A program made the position numbers and the translations under genes. 64,000 nucleotides of DNA from a virus. Taxonomy: Duplodnaviria > Caudoviricetes. This document shows, one piece after another, positions 19,118 through 29,811 of the stretch (the first letter of the stretch is position 1; each line of letters begins with the position of its first letter). Under the pieces are notes generated by a model, which was not told the origin of the DNA, searched no databases, and was given only the letters and a program-made list of their open reading frames with translations. The DNA is taken from positions 72,969-136,968 of the IMG/VR virus record IMGVR_UViG_2926558313_000004; one strand, written 5' to 3'.

Positions 19118-20314
19118 TTGCCTATGGAAAATATCTTAAATAAGCAGCCACAAGAGTCGTTTAACGAATATCACATTCGCCTATATGACAACTTAGATGA
19201 ATATGGCATTAATTCTCATAAGGCTGCCGAACTATTAAACAAAGAGTTAGGTAGTTCTTATAGTGAATCTAAATGGAGAAAAGATCACGCCTCATATCAT
19301 AAATGGCGGGATTTTATTATATCTCAGAACTATGACGAAGACATTCTTGCTAAATATGAATCGATTCGCATTGAGTCTGAAAAAGAAAAAATTCGTAATC
19401 AAGATCAAAAACGTGAATTTCGTAAAATGATACGACATGAGGCACGTTTTGAAAAGATTAAAGAAGATATTACTAAAGCTGTCTCCTCCCTCACTTTACA
19501 TAAACCTTTAGAATTTCACTCCCCTGCCCCTTCTTTCTCCCAAAAAGAAGGGCTTCTTCTTCTCAGTGATTGGCATTTTGGCATGGATGTAGAAAACAGA
19601 TTTAACAAATTCAATAAAGATATTTTCCTAAGACGCATTGAAAAAGTCACTACTAAAGCGATTGAATATGGAAAATTACATAATATTAAAACTATGCATG
19701 TTGCTCAACTTGGAGATTTATTTGCTGGTTTGTTGCACGTAAGCACAAGAGTTCAATCCAATGAGGATATTGTTAATCAATTAACATATGTTGCCGAAGT
19801 ATTAGCGCAAGTATTAACTAGATTTTGCTCCGAGTTCCCCAACGTAAAGCTTTATAACGTTATTGGTAATCATGGTCGGGTAATTGCTAATAAAAATGAT
19901 GTGGGAATAAAAGAGAATTTTGAATATCTTATCCCTTGGTTTTTAGAAGCTCGCCTTTCGAGCATCTCAAATATTGAGATTATCAAAGATAGCGATGGAT
20001 TAATTGAAGCAGACATTATGGGTGAAAAAGTTTTGTTTGTACATGGAAACTATGATACTGTGGCTAATAGTGCAAAGGCAATTCCACAAATGTTGGGTTA
20101 TACACCATCACATCTATTCATGGGTCATATCCATCACAATGTAGAAAAAGAGCATGGTCTTATGACAGTAACAGTAAATGGATCTTTAATTGGTGTAGAT
20201 GATCACGCTGTTCAAAAGCGTTTGTTTTCGAAGCCATCTCAAAAATTCATTGTGTTTGATGAAGATGAGGGCGCAGAAAATACATATTTAATTAAATTAG
20301 ATAAAATAGCATAA
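19118..20314 (+). CDS. Calcineurin-like metallophosphoesterase (YonJ-like)
   Basis: SDWH, GD, GNHG, HG, GHIH motifs. Confidence 0.85.
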   Translation: MPMENILNKQPQESFNEYHIRLYDNLDEYGINSHKAAELLNKELGSSYSESKWRKDHASYHKWRDFIISQNYDEDILAKYESIRIESEKEKIRNQDQKREFRKMIRHEARFEKIKEDITKAVSSLTLHKPLEFHSPAPSFSQKEGLLLLSDWHFGMDVENRFNKFNKDIFLRRIEKVTTKAIEYGKLHNIKTMHVAQLGDLFAGLLHVSTRVQSNEDIVNQLTYVAEVLAQVLTRFCSEFPNVKLYNVIGNHGRVIANKNDVGIKENFEYLIPWFLEARLSSISNIEIIKDSDGLIEADIMGEKVLFVHGNYDTVANSAKAIPQMLGYTPSHLFMGHIHHNVEKEHGLMTVTVNGSLIGVDDHAVQKRLFSKPSQKFIVFDEDEGAENTYLIKLDKIA

Positions 20315-20376
20315 TGCTGGTATGATTCTCAGGAATCCGATGCCTCCTTTATACAATACTTAAGGAGGATTTATAT

Positions 20377-20961
20377 ATGATTGAAATTAAGACGAATAAT
20401 GAAAATAACATTCACGATATAATTGAAAAAGATTTATTTAATGAGCGTATCATTAACATTAATGATGATGTATCTAGCTATATTCTCGATGATTATATTC
20501 CATTAATTCAACGGATTAACTTAGAAGACGATAATAATGGAATTAACCCTGAGGATAGAAAACCAATCAAAATTTATGTGAATTCCTATGGCGGATCAGT
20601 TTACGATGGGTGGTCGTTAATTTCTCATATTGTTTCAAGTAAAACACCAGTTTGGACATATTGCTATGGTTACTGTATGAGTATGGGTTTATCTATTTTT
20701 GCTGCTGGTCATCGTCGATTCATGAGTAAATATGCTACGCTCATGTATCACGAGTTAAGTTCGAGACTTGAAGGTAGCCGTGAAGAAATTAAGCGACAAT
20801 CAGAAGAGTTTGATAGATTACAAAAAGTATATGATGAGTTTTTAATTGAACGCAGTAAGCTGGATCAAGACACACTTATCAAGCATCAAAAGAACGTTAA
20901 TGATTGGTACATTGATCATGACACTGCAATTGAATTAGAAATTGCTACTGATTCTATTTAA
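20377..20961 (+). CDS. ClpP-like serine protease
   Basis: YVNSYGGSVYDG, CMSMG (Ser), MYHE (His), DWYI (Asp). Confidence 0.85.
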   Translation: MIEIKTNNENNIHDIIEKDLFNERIININDDVSSYILDDYIPLIQRINLEDDNNGINPEDRKPIKIYVNSYGGSVYDGWSLISHIVSSKTPVWTYCYGYCMSMGLSIFAAGHRRFMSKYATLMYHELSSRLEGSREEIKRQSEEFDRLQKVYDEFLIERSKLDQDTLIKHQKNVNDWYIDHDTAIELEIATDSI

Positions 20962-20985
20962 AAATAAATTAAAAGAAATATTTTA

Positions 20986-21014
20986 AAGAGTCTGTTCTAC
21001 TGAACAGGCTTTTT
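20986..21014 (+). terminator. Intrinsic terminator
   Basis: GAGTCTGTTC...GAACAGGCTT followed by T-tract. Confidence 0.55.
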
Positions 21015-21050
21015 GTAAATGATTCTTTTGAGGTAAAGAAGGTGAAATAA

Positions 21051-21836
21051 TTGAGCAGAAGACCTAAAGAGACAAAGGAATTAAAAATGTGTCTGAAATG
21101 TCTGGACAATAAGCGGAAAATAGAGGATTTTTATTTGAGTTACAGTGAGTGGCACGGAGATGCAAGAACTCCAATTTGCAAAAAATGTCTTAAAGAGAAG
21201 TTGAATGAAAATGATCCATCATCCGTTAGGAATGTTTTAAGAGCAATTGATAAGCCTTATAGACCGCTTGAGTGGGAGAAGGCTTGCAAAGGGAAAACAG
21301 ATACATTGGGTACTTATTTAAAAAATTTAGGTTTGAATTATAAAGAAGAAACTTATGACGATAGTATATTTGATAATGAAAACAATTATGAAAGTGAAAA
21401 TAGATTAGAAGAGAGAAAGATTTACAGTAAAAAATGGCTTGGTTACTATTACCCATCTGAAATTGAATATTTGGAAGAGTATCTTAATGGATTAGATCGA
21501 GATTTTAAAGTTGTTACTTTAAGTCATAAAGATTACGCAAAGAAAATTGCTAAAGCAAGCTTACACATGGATAAATGTTTTCAAGAGATGCAAGAAGGCG
21601 TTACTAATGCAGATAAGAAGTATAAGGAAGCTAAAGATATATTTGATACATTATCTAAATCAGCAAAATTTTCGGAAAGTCAAAGAGGTATAAATGAAGT
21701 TGGTTTAGGATCTTTTTCTCAAATTGTTGATATGGTTGAAAGTAACACTTATGTTTATGAACATAAAAATGATTTAGATAAAGATAGTTACGATAAACTT
21801 ATAGATGATTTTAAGCACATCTATAAGTCATTGTAG
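21051..21836 (+). CDS. Putative terminase small subunit (zinc-finger, YonG-like)
   Basis: CLKC...CKKC motifs; immediately upstream of the large terminase. Confidence 0.6.
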   Translation: MSRRPKETKELKMCLKCLDNKRKIEDFYLSYSEWHGDARTPICKKCLKEKLNENDPSSVRNVLRAIDKPYRPLEWEKACKGKTDTLGTYLKNLGLNYKEETYDDSIFDNENNYESENRLEERKIYSKKWLGYYYPSEIEYLEEYLNGLDRDFKVVTLSHKDYAKKIAKASLHMDKCFQEMQEGVTNADKKYKEAKDIFDTLSKSAKFSESQRGINEVGLGSFSQIVDMVESNTYVYEHKNDLDKDSYDKLIDDFKHIYKSL

Positions 21837-21844
21837 GTGTCATT

Positions 21845-22114
21845 ATGAGTTCATACAATAATTTCAGTCAAAAAAGTAGACAAAAAAAAGATTTTACTTA
21901 TGCAAATTTTGATCATCCTGATAGTCATGATCCAATAAAAAAAGAACAAATTAATATTGAGTCTTGGAGGAAGTTCATTTCTTATTATAGACATCATATT
22001 GATGAGTTTGCGATTGATATTTTAGGTATCAACCTTTATCCTTTTCAAAGGTTAATATTAAGGTCTATGGCACGGTATAAAGAATCCATGTTTATTGCAA
22101 GCCGAGGGCTGGGT
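21845..22114 (+). CDS. terL: Terminase large subunit, exon 1
   Basis: LYPFQ motif; ends ASRGLG, the first half of Walker A. Confidence 0.9.
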
Positions 22115-23308
22115 AGATTATGTAAGTATTATAATTATCATAGTCTCACAATTTAAATAAAGGAGATGAGGTTTAATGAGTAGGTATACCTACAATAAAA
22201 ACTTCTTTGAAAAAATTGATTGTGAGAAAAAAGCTTATTGGCTAGGCTTCCTGTACGCAGATGGATGTATTAATAGATATTATCGAAATGAAAAACTAAA
22301 TGCGATGTCTTTAGAAATAGGATTAAGTGATAAAGATAGAGATCATTTACAGAAATTCTTAAGTGATATAGAATCAAATGTACCTATAAAAAGCAAAGTT
22401 GTAAAACTTAACGGAGAAAAATATAATTCTAGTAAAGTTGTAGTTTGCAACACTAAAATGTGCAGAGACTTAATTAAACTGGGATGCACTCCTCAAAAAA
22501 GTTTAACTTTAACATTTCCGAATGAAAATATCCTTCCTAAACAATACATTAGAGATTTCATTAGAGGGTATTTTGATGGAGATGGCTGTATATTTTTTGG
22601 AGAATATGATAGTTTGAAATCTTTAAAAATTATAATTGTTGGTACTTTTAATATGGTAAAAGCTATAGAATATCACTTTAAAGAAAATCAAATAAACATT
22701 AATCCTATGATCAAACAAAAAGGCAAGGCATATCAAATGGTTATCTCTGGATTCGATAATATTAATGAAATACATACATATTTTTATGAAAACTCAACTG
22801 TTTATTTAAATAGAAAACATGAGAAATTTACCGAGTCATTAAATTATATAAATCAAAATAGGAAAAGTACATCTGGTAAAACAGGTGTATATTTCGACAA
22901 AAGAAGTAATCGTTGGGTTGCTTCTTTTTGTTTTGACGGTAAAAGAAAACAATTAGGGAGTTTCATAAATAAAGAAGATGCAATTAAAGCTAGAAAAGAA
23001 GCCGAATCATTATAAATTTGATAACTATATTATTTATTTGCCCACTTAAGTAGTAATACTTAGGGAAAATAATGCGGAATTAAGCGTGGAGTCCTCCAGT
23101 AATTAGGGTAACACGAACCGAAGGCTAGATGTAAAAGTTTAGTCAGGGGCAGAGCATAGGAGATGAAACTGTATTTATAGAATATAATTCTCCCAAGAGT
23201 CCGCATCATCCCACTAAACTTAGGTTTAAGGATGAAAATGTATGCCGACCTTGCACGATGGAAAAGTGTAAGAAGTAGAGGATAAAAAGCCTTTACGATA
23301 ACAATGTG
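22115..23308 (+). mobile_element. Group I intron with homing endonuclease in terL
   Basis: 5' exon TGGGT pairs with IGS GCCCA (23040-44); P3 ATGCGGA/TCCGCAT; P7 GCATA/TATGC; terminal G23308; splicing restores ASRGLG|KSYL. Confidence 0.92.
22176..23015 (+). CDS. Double LAGLIDADG homing endonuclease with C-terminal AP2 domain
   Basis: YWLGFLYADGC and FIRGYFDGDGC motifs; SGKTGVYFDKRSNRWVA...LGSF..KEDAIKARKEAE. Confidence 0.92.
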   Translation: MSRYTYNKNFFEKIDCEKKAYWLGFLYADGCINRYYRNEKLNAMSLEIGLSDKDRDHLQKFLSDIESNVPIKSKVVKLNGEKYNSSKVVVCNTKMCRDLIKLGCTPQKSLTLTFPNENILPKQYIRDFIRGYFDGDGCIFFGEYDSLKSLKIIIVGTFNMVKAIEYHFKENQININPMIKQKGKAYQMVISGFDNINEIHTYFYENSTVYLNRKHEKFTESLNYINQNRKSTSGKTGVYFDKRSNRWVASFCFDGKRKQLGSFINKEDAIKARKEAESL

Positions 23309-24781
23309 AAATCATATTTAAGTGCAGTCTTTTTTATTTGTCAAGCAATTTTATATAAAGGTATTAAACTTGGGATTGCTTCTGGAAAGGGGCAGCAAGC
23401 GAGAAATGTAATCATACAGAAAATTAAAGGTGAATTACATTCGAACCCCAATGTAGCTAGAGAGATATCTGATATAAAAACAGGTGCGAATGACTGTGTT
23501 GTTCATTTTAAAAATGGTTCTGAAATAAGAGCTATTGTACTTGGTCATGATGGAGAGTCTGCTAGATCATGGAGATTCCATCAGTTGTTGGCTGATGAAG
23601 CTAGGCTGATAAAAGATTCTATCATGGAAGAAATATTAGTTCCAATGACAAAAACAAAAAGACAGACAATGATTGATTTATCAATGAAATTTGATAAAGA
23701 TGAGCTTCCTGTTGAGAAAGGTAAATTAATTTATATTAGTTCAGCTTACCTAAAAAATTGCGACCTGTATGATCGTTTTATGAATCATTACACTAAAATG
23801 TCTGAAGGAAATAATGATTATTTCGTTTGCACTCTTCCTTACACTGTTGGGGTTAATGCCGGAATTTATTATGAAGATGACATAATGAAAGAAAAAAATA
23901 AACCTTCGATGACTTCTGATAAATTTGCTTATGAGTATGAAGCTGTTTTTGTTGGAAATTCAAATGAAAGCTTTTACCCATATGACTTAACTGAGGAATG
24001 CAGAGTCTTAGAAAAAAGTGAAGTTAAACAACCAAAAAAATCTACAGTTCAATATGTAATTTCACATGATGTCGCCTTATCAAATGCAAAAGATAGCGAC
24101 AATGCCTGTACCACTGTAATTAAAATAAAAGAAAAGCCAAGTGGTGCATACAGCAAGGAAGTAGTTTATATCAAAGTACATAAAGGAATGTCGTTACCAA
24201 ATCAAGCAAAATATCTTAGGGAAATGCTGTTAAGATTCCCTAACACAATTAAGTTAGTTCTAGATGTTCGTGGTAATGGCGAAGCCCTCCCTTCTCTTTT
24301 GGACGAAACTTGGGAATATACAAATGAAAAAGGCGAAGTGATCGAATGTCCACCTCTTGCCCCCGATGATGATGAAGAACGAATGAGTCTACAAAATGCT
24401 GTTCCAATTATTAGGCGTATCGCTGCCACAAATCAACTTAACAATACTATGCATACATATATGAAGAAAAGTTTCGAAGACGGAAGTCTAAAGTTATTAG
24501 CTAATTCGGCAGTAGTTGATTCTGAGTTTAAATCTGAAGCAATGACAGAAGAACAGTATGCCTCTTTTGTAAATACTGATATTCTTATTAATGAGTTAGG
24601 CAATACAAAACAAGAGTCTTCTGAACACGGGAATATTCTTTATGGTCGCATTAGTAAATCAACCAAGCGTGACCGTGTTACAAGTTTAGGTTATGGTTTA
24701 GTTTATATTAATGAATTAGAGCAAGAAAATAAAATGAGTAAAAATAACGACGAGTATGATTTTTCGTTTTTCTACAATTAA
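23309..24781 (+). CDS. terL: Terminase large subunit, exon 2 (spliced product about 580 aa)
   Basis: KSY completes Walker A; LLADEARLI Walker B; YISSA; ISHDVA nuclease motif; KRDRVTS. Confidence 0.9.
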   Translation, partial: KSYLSAVFFICQAILYKGIKLGIASGKGQQARNVIIQKIKGELHSNPNVAREISDIKTGANDCVVHFKNGSEIRAIVLGHDGESARSWRFHQLLADEARLIKDSIMEEILVPMTKTKRQTMIDLSMKFDKDELPVEKGKLIYISSAYLKNCDLYDRFMNHYTKMSEGNNDYFVCTLPYTVGVNAGIYYEDDIMKEKNKPSMTSDKFAYEYEAVFVGNSNESFYPYDLTEECRVLEKSEVKQPKKSTVQYVISHDVALSNAKDSDNACTTVIKIKEKPSGAYSKEVVYIKVHKGMSLPNQAKYLREMLLRFPNTIKLVLDVRGNGEALPSLLDETWEYTNEKGEVIECPPLAPDDDEERMSLQNAVPIIRRIAATNQLNNTMHTYMKKSFEDGSLKLLANSAVVDSEFKSEAMTEEQYASFVNTDILINELGNTKQESSEHGNILYGRISKSTKRDRVTSLGYGLVYINELEQENKMSKNNDEYDFSFFYN

Positions 24782-24809
24782 AATAAATTAAATTTAACGG
24801 AGGTGAAAT

Positions 24810-26327
24810 ATGGACGAAAATAAAACTTTTGAATTTAACTCAAATCTTACCTCTGCCTTTTCCTATGTCACATCTTACAATGTTTTAAATATAGATACTT
24901 TAAAAAGATTACTTAAGGATCATATTTCTAATAATAAACAAATTAGAGATGCGTCAAATATTTTGTATAATGCAAATGGTATATACACTAACGTAATTGA
25001 TTATATGACTGCTCTGCCAACTTTGGATCGTGTTGTTCATGGGAATAATAAAGTTCATGAGAACTATAAAAGAAATAAAGATAAATTTCTTTTATCTTTA
25101 AAAAAAATGAAAGATAAAATTATAGCAAGAGATATTATATTTAAATCTGCTCTTGAGGGAACTTGTTTTTATTATTTTGAAGTGAATCTCTCCCCTTCCC
25201 TACCTCGACATTTCAGTGATTATGACATTGATCAAATAACTGAAATAAACTCCAATGACTTCAATTGTAGTGTTATCCCCCTGCCTACCGACTATTGTAG
25301 AATTGTAGGAAGAAAAAATTCATCATATGTAATAGCGTTTGATTGTTCTTACTTTGATCAATTTACTGGAAATGGTCGTTCTTTAAAGTTAAAAAAATTC
25401 CCAAAAGAAATTAGACAAGCATACAGAGCTTATAAAAAGGATTTTAATAAGAAATGGGCAGTTCTAGATAATAATAAGACAATTACCAATAAAATAAGGT
25501 CAAAAATTGATGAACCTTGGGGAAGACCAATAGGATTAGCAGCTTTTACAGATATGTTATATGATGAATACTTTACAGAAACAAAAAGAACTATATTAGA
25601 TGATATAAATAGCACTATAATTTATCAAACTTTCCCTGAAGGCGACAAAAAAGGGACTTCTTCCCTTTCTCAAAAACAACAGAAAGAGCAGCACGAGAAC
25701 ATTAGGAACGCCCTTTTTTCAAAAGGTGTTCGTAAAGGCATTAACTTCTTTTCGATTGCTTCTGGAACAAAATTAGATAAATTAACTACTGATGTAGATT
25801 TCCTTGAAATTAAAGGTGAGGAAGAACTGATAACGAGAATATCTTCAAATTTAGGATTTTCTGGCTCCTTATTAAATGGTCAAGGAGGAGATTATTCCAG
25901 TAATCAAGCCAACGTTGAGATGGTAAGTGCAGAGATATTTAATTGGATTCATCAAATTCAAGATGAATTTAATAAAGTTATAAATGCAAACATAATTAAA
26001 GATAAAAGTAACTATTTAGAAGTTTACTATCTTCCTATTACACATGCAAATAGAGATAAGCAATTTGATTACGCTAAAGATCTTTATTTATCTGCAGGTG
26101 GTAGCTTACAATATTTCATTGCTTCTGCTGGAGTCAACCCAGATGCGTATATCAGTCTAATGGAAGAAGAGAAAAAAGAAAACTATGCGGAAAGATTCCC
26201 TCCTCATCAAACTAGCCACACTTTAAGTAATAAAGACAGAGGGAGAAGTGAAGAGACTAATCCATTAAATGAAAGTACGATAAAATCTAAAACTAATGGA
26301 TCTAATAATAATCCACGGATTAATTAA
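24810..26327 (+). CDS. Portal protein (YonE-like)
   Basis: 505 aa directly after the terminase; SPbeta-like synteny. Confidence 0.75.
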   Translation: MDENKTFEFNSNLTSAFSYVTSYNVLNIDTLKRLLKDHISNNKQIRDASNILYNANGIYTNVIDYMTALPTLDRVVHGNNKVHENYKRNKDKFLLSLKKMKDKIIARDIIFKSALEGTCFYYFEVNLSPSLPRHFSDYDIDQITEINSNDFNCSVIPLPTDYCRIVGRKNSSYVIAFDCSYFDQFTGNGRSLKLKKFPKEIRQAYRAYKKDFNKKWAVLDNNKTITNKIRSKIDEPWGRPIGLAAFTDMLYDEYFTETKRTILDDINSTIIYQTFPEGDKKGTSSLSQKQQKEQHENIRNALFSKGVRKGINFFSIASGTKLDKLTTDVDFLEIKGEEELITRISSNLGFSGSLLNGQGGDYSSNQANVEMVSAEIFNWIHQIQDEFNKVINANIIKDKSNYLEVYYLPITHANRDKQFDYAKDLYLSAGGSLQYFIASAGVNPDAYISLMEEEKKENYAERFPPHQTSHTLSNKDRGRSEETNPLNESTIKSKTNGSNNNPRIN

Positions 26328-26343
26328 AGGAGGTGATGAATTA

Positions 26344-27552
26344 TTGAAAGGAAGAATTTTGGAGCTAAACCAATCCAAGAAATTCGCAGGTAGAACCTAT
26401 GTAAAATGGGTTGTTTTAGAAATACATAATGATCCAACTAAATATAATAAAAATGGCATTTCATGGAAAGAAGAATATATCGAAAAAAACCTTGAATCAG
26501 CTTTTTCTATGCCTCTAGCTGTTGAGTTTTTGGACTACTATAAAAAAGATGAACCTTTTGGTCATGGAATGTCAGAAATCAAAGATGGTACTCCCCTATT
26601 TGAAGATTCAGTGGCAGTAGGAACAACGACAAATGCCTATATAGACACTGTTGAAATTAACGCAGAACAAAAAAGAGTTATGGTCGCTGAAGGTTATTTA
26701 TATGATCAACGCTATCCTAAATTTGTTCAGTGGTTAAAATCTAAAATGTTTGATGGGGAAATGCCCGAAACAAGTGTTGAAATATGTAAAAAAGAAGAAA
26801 ATGAAAACATTATTTATGAAAGTGGATGGAAGGAAGAAGGAAGAATTCCAATGGATTTTGACTTTAGTGGAGTTGCGATACTTGGAATCGAACCTTCAGA
26901 TGATACCGCTATACTACTTGAATTAAATAATAAAATTAATAAGGAGGATATTAAAAATATGCCTGAAAATCAAAACACTCAACTAGTTTCCGAGTTGAAT
27001 GAAAAATTAGAAACAAAAGTTAATGAGATTTCTGAGCTTAAATCACAGTTAAAGGATTTAACTTCATCAAAAGACAGTGAAATTAATGAAATTAATCAGA
27101 AACTAGAAAAAGCTACTTCTGAATTCAATGAAAAGATCCAAGAAAAAACCACTGAATTGAATTCTACAATTGAAGAACTGAAAGAAGTTAATTCTAAGTT
27201 AGAAGAAAAAGAAAAGACAATTGAGGTTATGGAGAAAGAAGTCAGTGAACTTCGTTCTTTTAAAGAAGAATCAACTAAAAAAGAACTTCAATCTGAATTA
27301 AATTCAAAATTATCTACTTATACTGATTCTGAAAAAGAAATTGCTAAAGAGTTAATTGATAAATGTGAAAAAGAACCTACTAATGAATTAATCACTCAAA
27401 TTGTTAATGAAATTAATTCTAATATTGCCAAGAAGATTATTGAGCAGAGATCAAAGTCTACTACTCATGAAACAAATAGTGTTGATGATATCTATTCAGA
27501 TGTAATCGAAGTAAATAATAATGAAACACCAGATATTGAAGATTTATATTAA
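26344..27552 (+). CDS. Prohead protease/scaffold (YonD-like)
   Basis: N-terminal protease-like domain (TSVEI, FSGVAILG), C-terminal coiled coil; RBS GGAGGTGA before TTG 26344. Confidence 0.7.
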   Translation: MKGRILELNQSKKFAGRTYVKWVVLEIHNDPTKYNKNGISWKEEYIEKNLESAFSMPLAVEFLDYYKKDEPFGHGMSEIKDGTPLFEDSVAVGTTTNAYIDTVEINAEQKRVMVAEGYLYDQRYPKFVQWLKSKMFDGEMPETSVEICKKEENENIIYESGWKEEGRIPMDFDFSGVAILGIEPSDDTAILLELNNKINKEDIKNMPENQNTQLVSELNEKLETKVNEISELKSQLKDLTSSKDSEINEINQKLEKATSEFNEKIQEKTTELNSTIEELKEVNSKLEEKEKTIEVMEKEVSELRSFKEESTKKELQSELNSKLSTYTDSEKEIAKELIDKCEKEPTNELITQIVNEINSNIAKKIIEQRSKSTTHETNSVDDIYSDVIEVNNNETPDIEDLY

Positions 27553-27593
27553 AAAATAAGTGAAAAATATTTACAAATTTGAGGAGGATTTAA

Positions 27594-28094
27594 ATGTTTA
27601 AATTTAATTCTATTGGTGCGATTGAGAAACACGTTCGCAATAACCCTAGAAACATTGCTACATCTACTTTGCAAAATGGAATGAGTGTAATTATGAATGA
27701 TCAAGCAGGAACCGCTTCTGTCCCAGCAACAGCTACTGAAGCGCAAGGACTGACTTGGATTGTGGGTAATATTATCGACAAACCAGAGGTTCGTAATAAT
27801 AAAGAGTTTACTATTGAAAATGGAGAACATGTTCGTGGATTCCTTGCTGAAGACGCTAAAGAACTACAAGTTGAAGTTGATTATCGTGTAGTTGCCACTG
27901 ATTTAGACACAGTTAGTATTGGTGATCATTTAGTAGTAGCTAACGCTGCCGATCATGGTGAAGATGCAGGAAAGTGGATTAAGCCAGATGGAACAGTAAT
28001 TGCAGACTCCAGCTCATATAATACATATCTTGAAGTTTTAAAAAAGACCACTTATGGAGATAAAGGTCTACTTTGCAAAGTAGTAAAAAATTAA
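27594..28094 (+). CDS. Putative head decoration protein
   Basis: Between scaffold and major capsid; strong RBS. Confidence 0.55.
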   Translation: MFKFNSIGAIEKHVRNNPRNIATSTLQNGMSVIMNDQAGTASVPATATEAQGLTWIVGNIIDKPEVRNNKEFTIENGEHVRGFLAEDAKELQVEVDYRVVATDLDTVSIGDHLVVANAADHGEDAGKWIKPDGTVIADSSSYNTYLEVLKKTTYGDKGLLCKVVKN

Positions 28095-28133
28095 AATAAA
28101 TAATATTAAAAATTGGAAGGGGATTTATTAATA

Positions 28134-29237
28134 ATGGAACTAACTTTTGAAATTAATAATAAACGTTTAGATTCACAATTCACTCAGCCTAAATTCAATG
28201 CAAAATCTCAAATTGTTGAGATTTTTTCTGCTATTACAGAAGGCAAAGATTATTCTCAATATGGGAAAAAGGTTGATACAGTAGTTAATCATGTGAAAGA
28301 GTTGGCAAACAAAGCTCATGCAGGAGATTTTACTGCAAAAGCTGAATTGAATTCAATCGTTCGATACACGATTGAGCCACATTTAGAAAAGCAAATTCAA
28401 CTTTTTAGCTTTATGGGTAGATTCAGAGATATTCCTTATAACGAACAACCAATGGTTCAAACTTATAAGCACGAATCTCTAAATGCTGATTTCCAAGCTA
28501 GCTCCGGTGATGTTGGTTTCAGTACAACTAGTTGGGAAGAGTATCCAATTAACACTAAAACTATTTCAGCAGGTTTTGCTGTAGATTATCGTGAAGTTGC
28601 AAGTGGTAACTTGGATAAAATTGCTGAAGGAAAACAACAAGTACAAACAGTAATGATGAATAAAGCAATGAATTATGTAGTTTATCAACTATATACTGGA
28701 ATTAAAAATGCCACTGGAATCAAGTATTTTAGTGAGAATGCTGGTATCACAAAATCTGCTTTAGATGACGCTCTAAAGAAAATAAGACGTTTTGGTCGTC
28801 CTTCTATTGCAGGTGATTACTCAGTCGTTTCACAATTAAGTGATTTCGCTGGTCATCAGTCAACTTCTCCTTCAATTACTGGACTATCTGAAGCAGTAAT
28901 GGAAGAAATTCGCCTCACTGGAATGCTACAAACATACAACGGCTCCCCTGTTCTTGAACTGCCTAATCAATATCAAACCACACAATTAAACAGTGCAGGA
29001 GATAATTTTAAAACTTATCTTCCTGAAGGTTTACTATTCTTAATTCCTCAAGGAAATCCAGTTTCCCCACTTCAAGTATTTAGACGTGGTGGATTAACTT
29101 CAATGACTGGTACAAGTGTAGAAACTGGCACAGAAGTAACTCGCTACGATATGGAAATTGGGGCTGAAGTTGTACGTGGTCGTGAATATGAAATCGGCTT
29201 GATCTCTGATGAGAATTTTGCAGCACCATCATATTAA
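28134..29237 (+). CDS. Major capsid protein (YonB-like)
   Basis: About 367 aa, position in the head module, followed by a terminator. Confidence 0.75.
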   Translation: MELTFEINNKRLDSQFTQPKFNAKSQIVEIFSAITEGKDYSQYGKKVDTVVNHVKELANKAHAGDFTAKAELNSIVRYTIEPHLEKQIQLFSFMGRFRDIPYNEQPMVQTYKHESLNADFQASSGDVGFSTTSWEEYPINTKTISAGFAVDYREVASGNLDKIAEGKQQVQTVMMNKAMNYVVYQLYTGIKNATGIKYFSENAGITKSALDDALKKIRRFGRPSIAGDYSVVSQLSDFAGHQSTSPSITGLSEAVMEEIRLTGMLQTYNGSPVLELPNQYQTTQLNSAGDNFKTYLPEGLLFLIPQGNPVSPLQVFRRGGLTSMTGTSVETGTEVTRYDMEIGAEVVRGREYEIGLISDENFAAPSY

Positions 29238-29253
29238 AAATAAAATAAATAAT

Positions 29254-29280
29254 TAGGAGGGATTAATAATCCCTCCTAAA
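29254..29280 (+). terminator. Hairpin/terminator after the capsid gene
   Basis: TTAGGAGGGATT-AAT-AATCCCTCCTAA. Confidence 0.6.
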
Positions 29281-29298
29281 CTTTAGAGTAAAAGGAGA

Positions 29299-29796
29299 GT
29301 GTTTATTATGTCAAACTTAAATATGAACGATAAAGTTTATGTTAAAAACCTGTGTGCATGGGACATCTATTTTAGACGAATCGAACGAGCTGGAGATATT
29401 AAAATTCCAAGTAAAGGACGAATTCCAATTGAAAGATCGGAGATTCAATCTCAGATTTATGATGGTAATGTCTTTTTTGTTGGAGTAGATGGACAAGGAT
29501 CAAAAGCAAAAGTGTACATAGAAGATAAAGATACTCGTGTATTAGTTGGATTTGAAGAGGAAAATAGCACAAAAAAGCAGGAAGTTTTAGATGAGAAGGA
29601 AATGAGTCGTATTCTAGAATTGAAAACAGATAAATCTTTTAAGGATAATTTGAATAAGCATGTGACACTTCAAAATGAAAAATTTGCAATTATGGAACAT
29701 GCGAGAAAAAGTAAGTTTAAAGATTACGAAAAAATTAGAATCTTAGAAGAACACACTGGTTATAAATTCGAAGAACCAAAAATCAAAACTAAATAA
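29299..29796 (+). CDS. Virion morphogenesis hypothetical protein
   Basis: ORF with RBS in the head-tail module. Confidence 0.65.
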   Translation: MFIMSNLNMNDKVYVKNLCAWDIYFRRIERAGDIKIPSKGRIPIERSEIQSQIYDGNVFFVGVDGQGSKAKVYIEDKDTRVLVGFEEENSTKKQEVLDEKEMSRILELKTDKSFKDNLNKHVTLQNEKFAIMEHARKSKFKDYEKIRILEEHTGYKFEEPKIKTK

Positions 29797-29811
29797 CAGA
29801 GGGGTGATAAG

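Noticed and set aside
21845-24781. Terminase pseudogene or intein
   Set aside because: In-frame stop plus group I core elements; RNA splicing restores the frame exactly
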